Source: Negaprion brevirostris (taxonomy: Eukaryota). From it: a stretch of DNA of 64,000 nt. The stretch covers positions 42,740,599 through 42,804,598 of the forward strand of contig JARDVH010000106.1 of the NCBI GenBank assembly GCA_030324005.1, given 5' to 3'. The notes beneath the pieces are model-generated. The model saw only the letters and a program-made list of their open reading frames with translations, made no database searches and had not been told where the DNA came from. The position numbers were made by a program, and so were the translations under genes. This document shows, in pieces, positions 14,532 through 27,289 of the stretch (its first letter is position 1; every line of letters starts with the position of its first letter).

Positions 14532-17500
14532 TGCCCAAGACGTGACTGCAAGATGGTCAACTCTGAGAACCAAATATACTAAGTTATAAAGGAAATATGA
14601 GAAAATAATCAAGAGATGTAGCTTTAGTGCTTAAGGATGAAAACATTTCAATGAAAAGACAGGATATGAAGAAAGGTAAGCAGGCAGTGGAGACCTTATG
14701 GGTAGAAATAATCAACGAGGATTTAAGAGTGTAGTGGTGGGGATGCATAAACCCTCCAGTCGCAGGTGTGAAGTACAAGATTGCAAAAATGCAGAATGTT
14801 TATAAGCAAGTGGCGAAGGAATTGCTGTTTGAATGGGGAATTTTAATTTCCATATCATTTGGGATAAACAGACTCTAGCACATTTTAGAAAGAGAGTGAA
14901 TTTGAGTGTGGCCAGGATAGAGTTCTGCAAAAGTATGTCACAGATGTATGAAGCGGGCATGCTAAATTTTATTATGTAATGAGTAATGAAACAGATTTAG
15001 TTAATAGCCAAACAGTGAGAGACCATTTATCTAATAGTGATCACAAGATTGAACTCAACACAGACTTTGAAAAGGAGAAGCACAATATGGGGCTAAGAAT
15101 TTAGATTTTAGATAAAGTTGACTTCAACGCGGTGAGACAGAGACTGTCCACAGTTAACTAGGCAACTCTGTTAATGATCCGTTAACCAGAAAATGAATGG
15201 GTGGCATTCAAAAATGAATTTGTGATACACAACCAGTTCATTCCCCCAAGGCTTTACTTGCTAAATAGGGCACGAGTGACTCAGGAAGTAAGAGATAACA
15301 TAAAACTAAAATAAAAAGCATATTGAAATACAAAAAGTAGCACAGATCCTTGTTGAGGATAGATACAAGGAACAGCAAAGGATGGCAAAACAAAGGGAAA
15401 ACCACAAAATGGGAGATTGGAAAAAAACTGGCAAGTGATATCAAAATGAACACATTTTTACAAGCATGTTGGGGGAAAAGAGGCAGGTCAGGCCAATGTG
15501 GATCCCTTGAAAACTAACAACGGTGATATTGCCAATGGGAAATGGTGGACATGCTGAATAATTATTTTGTGCCAGCATTTACTGTATAGGAAGAGGTCAG
15601 TATGCCAGACATCGCAACGAAGCTAGCACTGAATCAGGGACATGTGGGAAAAATAGAATCATGAAGAAAACAATAGTACTAAAGAGTGGTAAGTACCCAA
15701 AACAAGATTGTTTCCATCCCAGTGTTTTAATGGAAATAGGTGAGAACAATGCAGATGCCCTAACTATAATCTTCTAAAGTTTCCTTGACTCTGGGATTTT
15801 TCCTTTTGATTGGAAAATTATTCACGCTACTCTGTAAAGTCAAAAGGGGGAAATTAAGAACATAAGAAGTAGGAGCAGGAGTAGGCCACCTAGCCCTTTG
15901 AGCCTGCCCCGCCATTCAATAAGATCATGGCTGATCTGAAGTGGATCAGTTCCACTTCCCTGCTTTCTCTCCATAACCCTTAATTAGAAATATAGACCAC
16001 TTCACCTAACATCTATTGTCAGAAAATGAAAAGGTCTGTAATTAAAAACAAGGTGATGGAAGCACCTTAAATATTTTTAGCTGATGGGACAAAACTGCAT
16101 AGATTTGTAAAAAGTGAATCGTGCTTGATGAACCCGATTAAATGTTTTGAAGAGGTGAGTAGTGGAGAGGGAAATGATTACGGAATGTGTACAGGCTTCT
16201 AGAAGATACTTTATAAGGTCCCTTGTAAGACACTATTAGTTAAAGTTAAAACTCAGAATCGAAAGCAAATTGATGATTTGATTAAAATTGGCTGACTGGC
16301 AGGAGACAGAGGATAGGTATCCTAAACATAGAATCACAGAATGGCCTCCAGTGCTGCAAATGTTCAGCCCATCATGCTACACTACGCTCTGTAATTATTT
16401 TCCCGGAGTATTTCATCCCTTTTTGAAAGCCACAATCTGACTCCCCCACCCAGTGCATTCCAGATTGTAACCATTTGCTACATTTAAAAAATTTCCTCAT
16501 TTCACCTTTGGTTCTTTTGTCTATCATCTTAAAGCTGTATCCTCTAGCTATTGACCCTTCCATCAGTCCTAACATGTCTACCACTCACGATTTTTAGTAT
16601 CTCTCAAATCTAATTTCAATCTACTTTGCTCAGAGGGAAGAACCACAGCTTCTCCAATCTGTCCATGTAACTTAAGTCCCTATCCCTGGAACTATTCCAG
16701 TAATTTTTTCCACAGTTTTTCTCAACAAAATCTTCATGTACTTCCTGTCATGCCCAGGACTGAAGATGGTGTTTCAGATGCGGCCAAGCCTTTTTTTTTT
16801 AAACATAAACTTTCATCATTATACTCTACAACCTTAAATTAAAGTCCAGAATCTAGTATGGTTTCTCCTGATTGAGGAGTCTAGGACTAGGGGGCATAGT
16901 CCAAAATCAGAGCCAGACCATTCAGGAAACACTTTATATGCAAACGATGGTAGAAGTTTGAAACTCTTTTCTGCAAACAGCAATTGATTCTAACTAAACT
17001 AATAACTTGAAATCTGAGATTGATAGTCTTTTGTTAGCCAAAGGCAGAAAAGGCTCACAAATGTCCTGGCCAAGTATAGGACCAAAGAGCCTTAGTAAAA
17101 CTGAAACCGACGGGATCCGGGGATGGTAAGGCTCTCCACTGGCTGCAGTTACACCTAACACAAAAGAACACAGGGACAAGGAGCAGAAATAGGCAAATTC
17201 AGCTCTTCGAGTCTGCTCTGCCTTCAATCAGATCATGGTTGATCACTCCCTGGTCTCAAATCCACCTCCCCATCCATTCCCCATATCCCCTTATCCTTTT
17301 TTTTAAAGAAATATATCCATCTCCCTCTTGAAACCATTCAATGATTCAGACTCCACAGTGCTATGGGTCAGCAAGTTCCACAAATTCACCATCCACTGCA
17401 AGAAGTAGTTCCTCCTCAAGTCAGTTTTAAATCTATCACCTCTCAACCTCAAACAGTTGAGGTCTGAGGACTGACCCCCTGTGGCACCCTGCTAGTTACA

Positions 17501-18149
17501 TTTCACCAGCCAGAGAAGGACCTATTTATCCTGATCCTTTGCTTTTCTGTCAGTCAGTCAATCCTCAATCCCATCTAATACTCTACCCCCAATCCCCTGG
17601 TAATGATTGCTTCTATGGAGACTAGCCTCCTCAGCCTCACAACACAGCTAGTAATCAAGCCTGAGGCACAATTACTTTCATCTGCCTTACAAGTAGCTTT
17701 CCCTCTTTTATAAAGTCTGAAATAGGGATATTTGTTGATGAGCACAATAATGTTCAATTCCACTTGCAGCTCCTCAGAAAATAAAGCAGTCCATGACCGT
17801 ATGCAACAAGACCTGGAAAATATTCAAGAGAGCACCTAAATACTTCTGCTGACGTTTGTCAGTTATACCATCTCCAAATTTGCCAGCATCAAGATGCTGA
17901 CCAGGAAATTAACTGGACCAGCTTTACAAATACTATGCCTACATTGGCATGTCAGAAGCTGGATATTCTATGGAGAGTGAATAATTCCCAAAAGCTCATC
18001 CACTATCTACACAACACTTGTACAGAGACAACACCCAGCTCTATTCCACCACCACCTCTCCCAACCCCTCATCTCTATATCATCAGACTTGTCTCACACT
18101 CTTTTTCTTTGGACTCTGTTATAAAATCCATTTCCTAAGTACCAACTCC

Positions 18150-18785
18150 ATCCCTCTCTCCTGGCAACTGGTTGCGGCTGAATCAGACTGCTCACAATCT
18201 TGGCATCAATATTTGCTCATATCTCTGTCATTGCCAAGACCCTGTATTGCCCTTGTCTGATCCTTGCCTTGGTTAAGACACTGCTGCAATCCTCATCTAT
18301 GTTTTTGTTACTTCTAGATTTGACCATTCAAGTGCACTCCTGGCTGACCTCCCATGATCACTAGCTTCTGCCATCCATGTTTTAACTTGCATCAAGTCCC
18401 ATTAACCTAACATCTCTGTGTTCAGTGATATTTTGTGCCTTTCAGTTAAGCAATGCCTAGATATTAGAATGCTCTTCCAATCCCTATTTCCCCTGTGTCT
18501 TCAACCTTCTACATCTTATAAAACTCTGTGCTTCTCCAATTCTGGCCCCTTGAGCAGCTCCAATTTTAATCATACTGCCACTGGGGGCTGCCCAGGCTCT
18601 GAGCTCTAAAGTTGCTTTCTTAATCCTCTCCACCTTTCTTTTCCACTAAGCTTTTCCTTAACATTTACTTTTTGACCGAACATTTGGTCACTTGCCCCAA
18701 AAACTCCTCATGTGGCATGTTGCTAATGATGCACCTGGGACATTTTACCATATTGAAAATGCTATGCAAATAAGCTGATGCTGAG
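18150..18785 (+). mobile_element. L2-like LINE 3' fragment
   Basis: ttgttacttctagatttgaccattcaagtgcactcctggctgacctccc, with the 3' tail gcacctgggacattttaccatattgaaaatgctatgcaaataag. Confidence 0.65.
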
Positions 18786-19689
18786 TAGAATTCACTTCAG
18801 TTTAAAATAAAATTCAATTTAGTAACTTAAAGTAAAGAAATCAATGCTTGGTGACCCGGAAGAACAGTGATGCCTTACACCAAAAAAAAACAAGCAACAG
18901 CCTGGTATAGTCATACTCATGGAATCATATCTTACAGATAATGTCCCAGACACTACCATTATTATCCCTGGGTACGTCCTGCCCCACAGGCAGGACAGAC
19001 CCACCAAAAGTGGCAACGGTACAATGGTATAAAGTCTGGAGGGCGTTACCCTGGAGTCCTCCAAATTGACTCTAGACTTTATGAAATCTCATGGCACAGG
19101 TCATAAAAGATGTAAGACCGATAATTCTACTAATTTTTGAGGTTTGTTGTGGATCTGTAACATCTATGGGTTTTATTCTTTAGCCACTTTTTAAATGGTT
19201 TAGTTAGTGAGATAATGGATAATCAAGGCAGGTGGAATTCTTTACAGGAAGGCTGTTGTTTGCATTGATTAACTACATTTATAGGGCAGCGCATGTGAGT
19301 TAGAGGGATACTTTTCTGTCCTCTCTGACATTAGGTATGAAGTGTTGTTAACAAGAGATGTGACTGTGAATCTTGTATCCAAAGGAAATGTATTATTTGT
19401 TTGCATTGGATTGTAAATTTTGAGGAAAGAAGAAATAAACATTTGTCTTTAGTCTATATGGTTCTATTTACAGAGATGGGGTGACATGAGATGTCTTGCA
19501 TCCAAGCCAATTGGAGAGGTGAATTTGGATTATTTCCAAATGTGGCTGCAGGAAAAATGAGAAATGTGGATAAAAATTTGAAAAATCAGTCTTTATGGGC
19601 ACAGTTTTACCATGGCTTAATCATAGAACCATAGAATCCCTACAGGGCCAAAGAGGCCATTCAGCCCATCAAGTCTGCACTGACTCTTC

Positions 19690-20860
19690 AAAAGAGCACT
19701 CCAATGTTAGTCGGAATCAGGGTGAAAACTTTCTGCTGGTTGCAGTCACACCTGGAAGAAAGAAAGATGATTGTGGTTGTTGGAGATCCATTACCCTAGC
19801 TCCAGGACATCATCGCAAGAGTTCCTCGGGATAGTGTCCTAAGTCCCAGCCATCAATGGCTGCTATGATGACCTTCCTTCCAACATAAGGTTAAAAGTGG
19901 GGATGTTCATTGATGACTGCATAATTATCAGCATTGTTCACAATTCCTCAGATAATGAAGCAGACCATGTCCAAATGCAGCAAGACCTGAACAATATCCA
20001 GGCTCGGGTTGACAAAGTGGCAAGTAACATTCATGCCACACAAGTACCAGGTAATGACCATCCCAACAAGAGAAAATCCCTAACTATCGCTCTTTGACAT
20101 TCAGTGGCAGTGGAATTCCACACTATCAACATCCTGCGGGGTTATCATTGACCAGAAACTGAACTGGATGAGTCATATAAATACTGTGGCTACAACAGCA
20201 GTTCAAAGGCTAGGAATTCTGCCGCAAGTAACTCACCTCTGGACTTCACTAAGCTTATCTACTATCTATGAGGCACAAGTCGGGGCGTGATGGAATATCA
20301 TCCGATTGCCTGGATGAATATAGTTCCAACAACAATGAGGAAGCCTGACACCATCCAGAACAAAACCATTTTCTTGACTGGCCCCTCATGCACAAACTTT
20401 CACTCCCTCCACCATCGACACATAGTGGCATCTACGGAATGCACTGCAGGAACTCGAAAGCTCCTTAGGTAGCTTGCCTCAAACTCTCCCACCCAGTAGG
20501 ACAAGAGCAGCAGATGAATGGAACCACCACCACCACCACCACCTAGAAGTTGCCCTTCAAGTAACTCACCATCCTGACTTGGAAATATATTGCTATTCCT
20601 TCACTGTTGTTGGATCAAAATCCCGGAATTCCATCCCTAACTGCACTGCAGATGTAGCTACACCACATGGACGGCAGAGGTTCAAGAAGGGAGTTCACCA
20701 TCATGNNNNNNNNNNNNNNNNNNNNNNNNNNNNNNNNNNNNNNNNNNNNNNNNNNNNNNNNNNNNNNNNNNNNNNNNNNNNNNNNNNNNNNNNNNNNNNN
20801 NNNNNAGTTAGGAATGGGCAATAAATGCTACCTAGGCAGTGACACCCACTTCACAAAAAA
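19690..20860 (+). mobile_element. CR1-group LINE RT 3' half and tail
   Basis: RT remnants VGMFIDDCII and tatgaggcacaagtcggggcgtgatggaatat (YEAQVGA/VMEY, a degenerate YKAQVR..EY motif), with tail ttaggaatgggcaataaatgc. An endonuclease fragment of the same family is at ~18890-19100. Confidence 0.75.
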
Positions 20861-21116
20861 TACTCCCACTCCTTGACAAGTAACTAGACATAAGATCACA
20901 AGACATTGCTAGGTAGAACTGAAATTTTGTTTTTTTAAAGCATAATAATACGTCCCGAAGCTAAGACCTCACTCTATGTGCTGGATTTTACATCCCAACT
21001 GCCTGTTGGGATCATCGACTCCCAATGGACTTTTAGCTGGGTCACTGAATCTCCCCTGACCAGACCCATCATGATGACACTGAAAACTCCCAATCTATAT
21101 TTTTATAAGAATTACA

Positions 21117-22039
21117 TGTGACATCACGGCTAATTAATAAATTGAAAAAAAATACTGGACAAAGGTTCAAAATGACTAAAGCCGTTGCTGGCCATGACTG
21201 TCCTGGCATTCAGAACAGCCACCACCTCATTATCTCTGAAGTCATGCTAATGACCCTGTGTGACTGAAGGGACCAAATCCAAGGCCATTTATGTTTTGAA
21301 GATCAAGGTCTGGCCAATGGAGCCAACTAATCTGCGATGACAGATCTGAAGAATCTAGACACAGGAATATACACCTTTTGTCTGAACCAAAGTGGAGAAA
21401 TGGGAATCATATCCCATGACCTCATTACTGGGAGAATCAGTTATGCCACCTTGTAGAGCTGCAAGATTAACACCTCCTCCGATATAGCAAGTAGCAGCTC
21501 AGAACTAGGGCTTGGTCCAGATGAATGTTTGGTCCCCATTCACACTGTTTCCACTGGAACTTCTCTACAAGCACCCACAAGATATTCATCTCTATGTGCC
21601 CATCTTGCCATGCAAGTCATCTCTACTGGAAAAATGAATTATCCAGCATTAATCTTCAACCTGTTATCACTGTGAAAGAACATACCATTGTACTTTTGAG
21701 TTTGGATTCTGGACTCACAAACCAACTGCACCTTTTTCTTTTCTATATCCCTATTTTCTGGTATGAATGTACTGGGGGATACTCCCTCCATGTTTAGTGT
21801 TGTTATATAAACTAACCCTCTAATTTCACCCTATCTTGAGTTTGCTGTGGAATTGTTGACAGAAACTAGATGACACCAAAACCTAAGGGTTTGAGGGAAA
21901 TACACCACCATTCCTTAAGGACAAAGTCAAAATCAAAACACTTCTTTGTTTAAATGTTTGCGGGGGTGGGGGGGGAGGCAATGTTGGTGAGAGGAGAAAT
22001 CAGAGCTGTTTAAATTAATCCCCCCTCCTGGCTGTGACA
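21117..22039 (+). mobile_element. Possible solo-LTR-like element (5' boundary uncertain)
   Basis: Ends cccccctcctggctgtgaca, resembling the end of 12623-14531. The interior is non-coding and not recognisably LINE. Confidence 0.3.
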
Positions 22040-22099
22040 AATACAATATTCCTAATTTAAATGGGTTCACTTTGAATGCATTTAAAATAAACATGAGAC

Positions 22100-22725
22100 C
22101 CTTGATTTCTAGGGACATAGAGAATTGAAAAGTAGGAAAGTTATGTTAAAATTATATGAAACCTTGGTAAGATTACACTTTGAACTGTACTGTGTACAGT
22201 CCAGTTCTTCATATTTTTAAAGGGATGCACAGATACTGGAACAGATACAAATAAAGGTTCACAAGAATGATGCAGAAAGTGAAGATAATATACTTATCCG
22301 GAAAGGTTGAAAATAGGCTAGGTGGCTCTTCTCCAGAAAAAGAGAAAGCTAAAGGGTGACCTGACAGAAGTCTTCAAGATTATAAAAGGGTTGGTGGGAT
22401 AAACATAGAAAAGATGGCTCCACTTTTGAAAAGAACAAAACTAGGGGCGATAAATCCAAGATTGTCACAAATGAATCCAACAGGGCATTCAGGAGAAAAT
22501 TTTTTAGCTACCAGGGGTCAGAACATAGAACATGCTATCACAAGTAATAGTTCAGGAAATCAGGATAGATACACCTAGGAGGAAGCTACATGAATATATG
22601 AAGGTGAAGGAAATAAAAGGATATATTGTTAGGGTTATTGGAAGAATGGCAGGAGGAGGGTAAGGAAGCATAAATATTGGCATGGACTTGTTGGGCCTGA
22701 ATGGCCTATTTCTGTGCTGTAAATA
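22100..22725 (+). mobile_element. CR1 LINE 3' fragment
   Basis: agagaaagctaaagggtgacctgacagaagtcttcaagattataaaaggg (RKLKGDLTEVFKIIKG) and the tail gggcctgaatggcctatttctgtgctgtaa. Confidence 0.8.
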
Positions 22726-22922
22726 TTAATGTTTCTGAAATCATTATTTGATTAATTGCCAATGCAAGCCTGACTGATACATTATGGCTCATAAGTTAAG
22801 GTGTGACTTACTTGCACTTTTGACTACTAGATGCTCGCCCCCAATCTTAAATGCAACTAGATGTATCCATTTAAAAAATAAATAAATTGATTAAGAAATG
22901 TACAATCGTTGAAGATACGTAC

Positions 22923-23090
22923 AATCAGAGGAGAAGGTGAGTAAAGCAGCCGTCTCTCTGAATTTTCACGTGGACTACAGTCTTCTGTTGTGGAAGACTA
23001 GTCCTGGAGCATTATCTGTTTGCGCAATTCTCATTCTTCAAGGACTGCAGTTACTCCAATCCTTCATTACTCAGTTGATCTTTATTTTTG
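22923..23090 (-). other. ZBTB20: Probable ZBTB20 upstream exon (168 nt), apparently non-coding/uORF-only in this species
   Basis: Acceptor gtttctatttattctttctttcag|CAA and donor TCTGATT|gtacgt. Joined to the BTB exon it reads TCC TCT GAT T|GT AAC ATC AAT GGG AAG GGA ATG = SSDCNINGKGM, matching the recalled human junction SSDCDISCKGM. The sequence is unique and repeat-free. Confidence 0.75.
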
Positions 23091-23517
23091 CTGAAAGAAA
23101 GAATAAATAGAAACTAAGCACAGATCTCAGCAACTCAGTCTTCTAAAATATCAGCAACAGCAGCAAATGCAAAAGAGCAACAAATGATGTGCATTTGTGG
23201 TGCTGTGCATAAACTATTCATTACTGCTACCACACCATGTAGAATTATTTGCATCACTGCCTCCTAACCAATTTCATTAACTGTAATTTTTTGTAAGTGA
23301 CATCAGCAGGCAGCACATTTCTCACTAAAGGCATCAAAGCTAATTTTAAAATATGCCTCACTACATATCAAAAATGGGTGAAAATTCAAAATCATCCATC
23401 CTACATTTTAGTGGAAGGTTATAAATCAGTACTGGATACTATTTATAGTCTTCTGATCTCGGTCTGAAAATCAAACAAGAATTCCCATTCATGAAAACTG
23501 TACCCAAGCTTACTTAC

Positions 23518-23613
23518 ACAGAGTGCTGCTTGATCAAGGGACCAGAGGGCTGCTGCACCCAGAGACTCTTACCCCAATATGCATCAGGGCTACAGGAGAA
23601 AAGGACGATAAGG
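23518..23613 (-). other. ZBTB20: Candidate ZBTB20 leader exon (alternative acceptors at 23613 or 23589)
   Basis: Acceptors ttttatttttattttgctttag|CC and ccttttctcctgtag|CC, consensus donor CTCTGT|gtaagt (23517-23512) and an internal donor GGG|gtaaga (23572-23567). It lies 427 nt from the 168-nt exon. Confidence 0.5.
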
Positions 23614-25180
23614 CTAAAGCAAAATAAAAATAAAATGTTGAGGAACTTCCATAATGGTTCAGTGGGTCACAGTAATGCATGGGTCATTGAGCCATGTGGA
23701 CTGCAGATGTACACCTTTGACCCGAGTTTATGCTGAATGGACTAGATCTAAGCCAAAGTGGACATGGCACAACTTAACTTCAGTTTCCTTGGGAAGGGGA
23801 GAGGGAATGAGTGGTCTATTTCCTCACATTCAAACATTATCCAGCAACTGTTGAAGTTGCGTGGGGACTGCTCTCACATTTAATCAATCATTCTCGAAAT
23901 CTGTGCTCAGGTTTGAGTCACTGATTTAGACGGAAACAAAAAAGACAGATTATTGATCACTAGACTTTCTGAAATCTTTTACAGTGCCATGAGGAAATTC
24001 ATAAAGGGAAAAGGATAATAAATTATATCCTGTCCCACATTACCTTCCCATATCCTTTATACAACGCCTCCAGAGGTACCATCTTCAGCATTTTGAATCA
24101 AGAAAGATAAGGATATAAAGACCAAATTGGTACTTCACTATAATCTTTGAAATAATTTTGAAATCATAATTTTTCATCTTGCTCTGCATCTCAATGGAAT
24201 CGTAAAACTAGATTCAACAGTAAAAGTTAGATTTTCTTTTACATAATTGCAAAACGTTTGGCATTTATCTCACAAGGACACCAAGATCTGAATCCTGTGG
24301 TATCTTGTCTAACATCTGCAATTTGTTTACCCTGTGTGACAGTGATGAGCTCTATATATTTCATCCTGAAATGTCAATGACAATAGAAGCCCTATGTTCA
24401 CCCTTGATGATTTCTTAGGCGGTGCTCAGCAGACTGGAGGGACTGATTGTGGACAAGTCCCCAGGACCGGATGGAATGCATCCGAGGGTTCTGNNNNNNN
24501 NNNNNNNNNNNNNNNNNNNNNNNNNNNNNNNNNNNNNNNNNNNNNNNNNNNNNNNNNNNNNNNNNNNNNNNNNNNNNNNNNNNNNNNNNNNNNATTGAAT
24601 GGCGGGGCAGGCTCGAAGGGCTGGATGGCCTACTCCTGCTCCTATTTCTTATGTTCTTATGTTCAAACTGCCATCCATTTTCTCAAGGAAGGGCAGTCAT
24701 ACATTGTTACTTTCTTGACAATTGATTAGCTTGATGTGAAAGATGGGCATCATCTTGATACAAAAGCATTTAGTTAAACATCTCTAACTCCTTGCAGGCT
24801 AACTGTAATATTATCTACACTATTATGTAAACCCACTGCTTGGCAAACTTCAGAACTTTTTAAGCAGAAGTCCTATAGGTCACCGTGCCATGATCTTATG
24901 GACTGTCAACTCAGATTCATTTGGCCACTTTGTATTTGGGTGCTTCCCAACACCTTCGAACTAAGCAAGGAGAATGCACCTCAAATATTCATTTTTATGG
25001 GCTTCAAAACAATTTCCATTATGGTTCAGTGGGTCACATTAACAACAAGACTTTTCACAACAACTTCATTGCAAATGTTAATGTATGCTTACTTGTGACT
25101 AATAAATAAACTTTAGCAAATATATCTATGTCTTACATTGTTGTGTTATGTATCCTGCCTGTTTTGCATGCAGATAATTT

Positions 25181-25396
25181 AAAATGGCTGGAGTTACAGG
25201 CCAAGATTTCATATGCTAAATAAAAAGCTGACGATATGAGTTTTTAAATTATCCACTAGATGGCACTGTATTGAACTATGGCCAAAGTTGATTATGCACT
25301 AGATGGCGTTGCAAGTTGTTCAATACAGTTTGCTCTTTACATACATATTATAATAATCAAGTCAAGCTCCTTTCAACTCAAAAACTAAAATGGCAG
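25181..25396 (+). promoter_or_regulatory. Tandem CTCF motifs flanked by YY1-like motifs (candidate insulator/loop anchor)
   Basis: CCACTAGATGGCAC at 25253-25266 and GCACTAGATGGCGT at 25296-25309, same orientation. AAAATGGCTG at 25181-25190 and AAAATGGCAG at 25387-25396. The surrounding DNA is non-repetitive. Confidence 0.6.
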
Positions 25397-25639
25397 CTGT
25401 GCCATTATTTTTATTTGCCTACAAAACAAATGTAAATTTTGAAGTAATTCAATGCATGTGAAGTACTTTGAGATATTTAAGGCATGATGAGACTCAAAAT
25501 AAATACGTCTTTTTCCTTTCTTAATCTGTGATGTAATGGTAGCAACAATGATCAACACGAAAATATAAGGTGTTTGGAATTTGCCACAGCTATACTTAAT
25601 AATGCAAAGTCTGTCTTTTTACTCCCAGCTGTCCTTTAG

Positions 25640-25938
25640 CTGAGCTTAATTATTGGTATCACAAGTAGGTTTACATTAACACTGAAGTCACTGTGAAAAT
25701 CCCCTAGTTGCCACACTCTGGCATCTCTAGGGACACTGAGGGACCATTTAGCATGAACAATGCATCTAATCAGTATGCCTTTTGGGCTGTGGGAGGGTAC
25801 TGGAGTACCTGGAGGAAACCCACGCAGATAAGGGGAGAACATGTAGATTCTGCACAGACAGTGACCCAAGCTGTGAATTGAACCCGAGTCCCTGGTGCTG
25901 TGAGGCAGCAATGCTAATCACTGTGCCACCGGGCTGCC
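25640..25938 (-). mobile_element. tRNA-derived V-SINE (variant with ...cttgtgactaataaataaacttt-type tail)
   Basis: The reverse complement starts gggcagcccggtggcacagtgattagcattgctgcctcacagcaccagggactcgggttcaattc and the V-domain is present. The tail is shared with 44715-45060 and ~25070-25115. Confidence 0.85.
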
Positions 25939-27289
25939 CCATCAGTTGGAAGGCTGTGGACAGTGGGAAAATTACAAGTAAATTCAGAGTTTGAGCAAAC
26001 AGGTAGATGCAGTGGGTGATGTGTCAAGTCTGGCATTGAGATTGGGGGCGGCAGAAAGGTGTCGGGAAAAGAATAGAAAAATCAATCGATGGAAAATGGC
26101 ATACATGTGGACTCAGCAATGGGATCCTTTATTCTCACTGAGGAATTTCCCTCTCGCCTGACACAAAGTCTTTTCTTCCTGCATTTTTGCTCAAACTTTC
26201 TCTCCTCCCCTCAGAGCGGAAGGTTCTCCTTGACTTCACCTTCCATGTCAGCGGCCCACTACCTTTACAATTACTTTGATACTTCCTTTACTTCTCTCAT
26301 TACTGTCTGCTTTTGTCACACCACTAAACTTCTGTCATTTCATCATCTCATGTTGTCCACCTTATCTCGGAGTGTTCAGCTCTTCCCACCATTTTCCTTG
26401 CCTGTGTCCCTCCATACAAACTGTTCATTGGCTGAAATGTTAACCCTAACTTTCTCTCCCTGCAGATGCTCTCTGACCAACCTGTTTCCACCATNNNNNN
26501 NNNNNNTTATCAAGATTTATTCACTTGAATGTGTAATTCATTATATTAGAAATTATGATTAAATATTATACAATGCTATAATGGGCTTGGCTAACTTAAA
26601 TAATGGATAGAACTTAGAGGAATTCCCATGGTAGCTGTAGTTTATTTTTGCAATCCCATTGTAACATTTTTGCAAGAAGCCAATGACTGATTTAGAATTT
26701 TTTCTGGCACAATGTGATTGTATCGCTCATAAAAATGTTATTGATAAAGAATTACACTCATAATATAGTGACATGGAACAAACCAGAAAACTTCTACATG
26801 AGATATCAGGCAAAGAATATAAAACTATTCCAAACCTGACCTTTCAATATTCTATTACTGAATAACTTTAAAATGTTTTCCATTATGATTATTTCTATTC
26901 AATCACAAAAATGCCAACTGGGAGAAAACAGCCTGTTTCACTAGAAATCTATCCACCACTGTGCACAGGGTGCAATGCAGCAATTTCCCAAGGCTCTTCT
27001 GACAGCACACAGCACTTTGCAAACCCACGGCCTCTACCACCTAGAAGAACAAAGGGCAGCAGGCGTGTGGGAATAAGACCACTTGTAAGCTCCCTCTAAG
27101 TCGCAAACCATCCTGATTTGGAAATATAACACCATTCTATCACTGTTGCTGGGTCAAACTCCAGGAACTCCCTCCTGTAACAGCTCTGTGGGTATATCTA
27201 CACCACATGGATTAAAGGTGGTAGTTCATCAACACCTTCTTGAAGCCAATTAGGGATGGGCGATAATGCTGACATTACTGGTAACATCC

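Larger units (their letters stand above)
11930..16330 (+). mobile_element. Fragmented CR1 LINE (ORF1 end, endonuclease and RT remnants) with nested insertions
   Basis: Segments parallel the CR1 at 57384-59710: gagaccttatgggtagaaata, ttgactctgggatttttccttttgattggaaaatt, aaagtgaatcgtgcttgatgaacccgatta. It is interrupted by the 12623-14531 block and by SINE/LINE tails. Confidence 0.65.
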
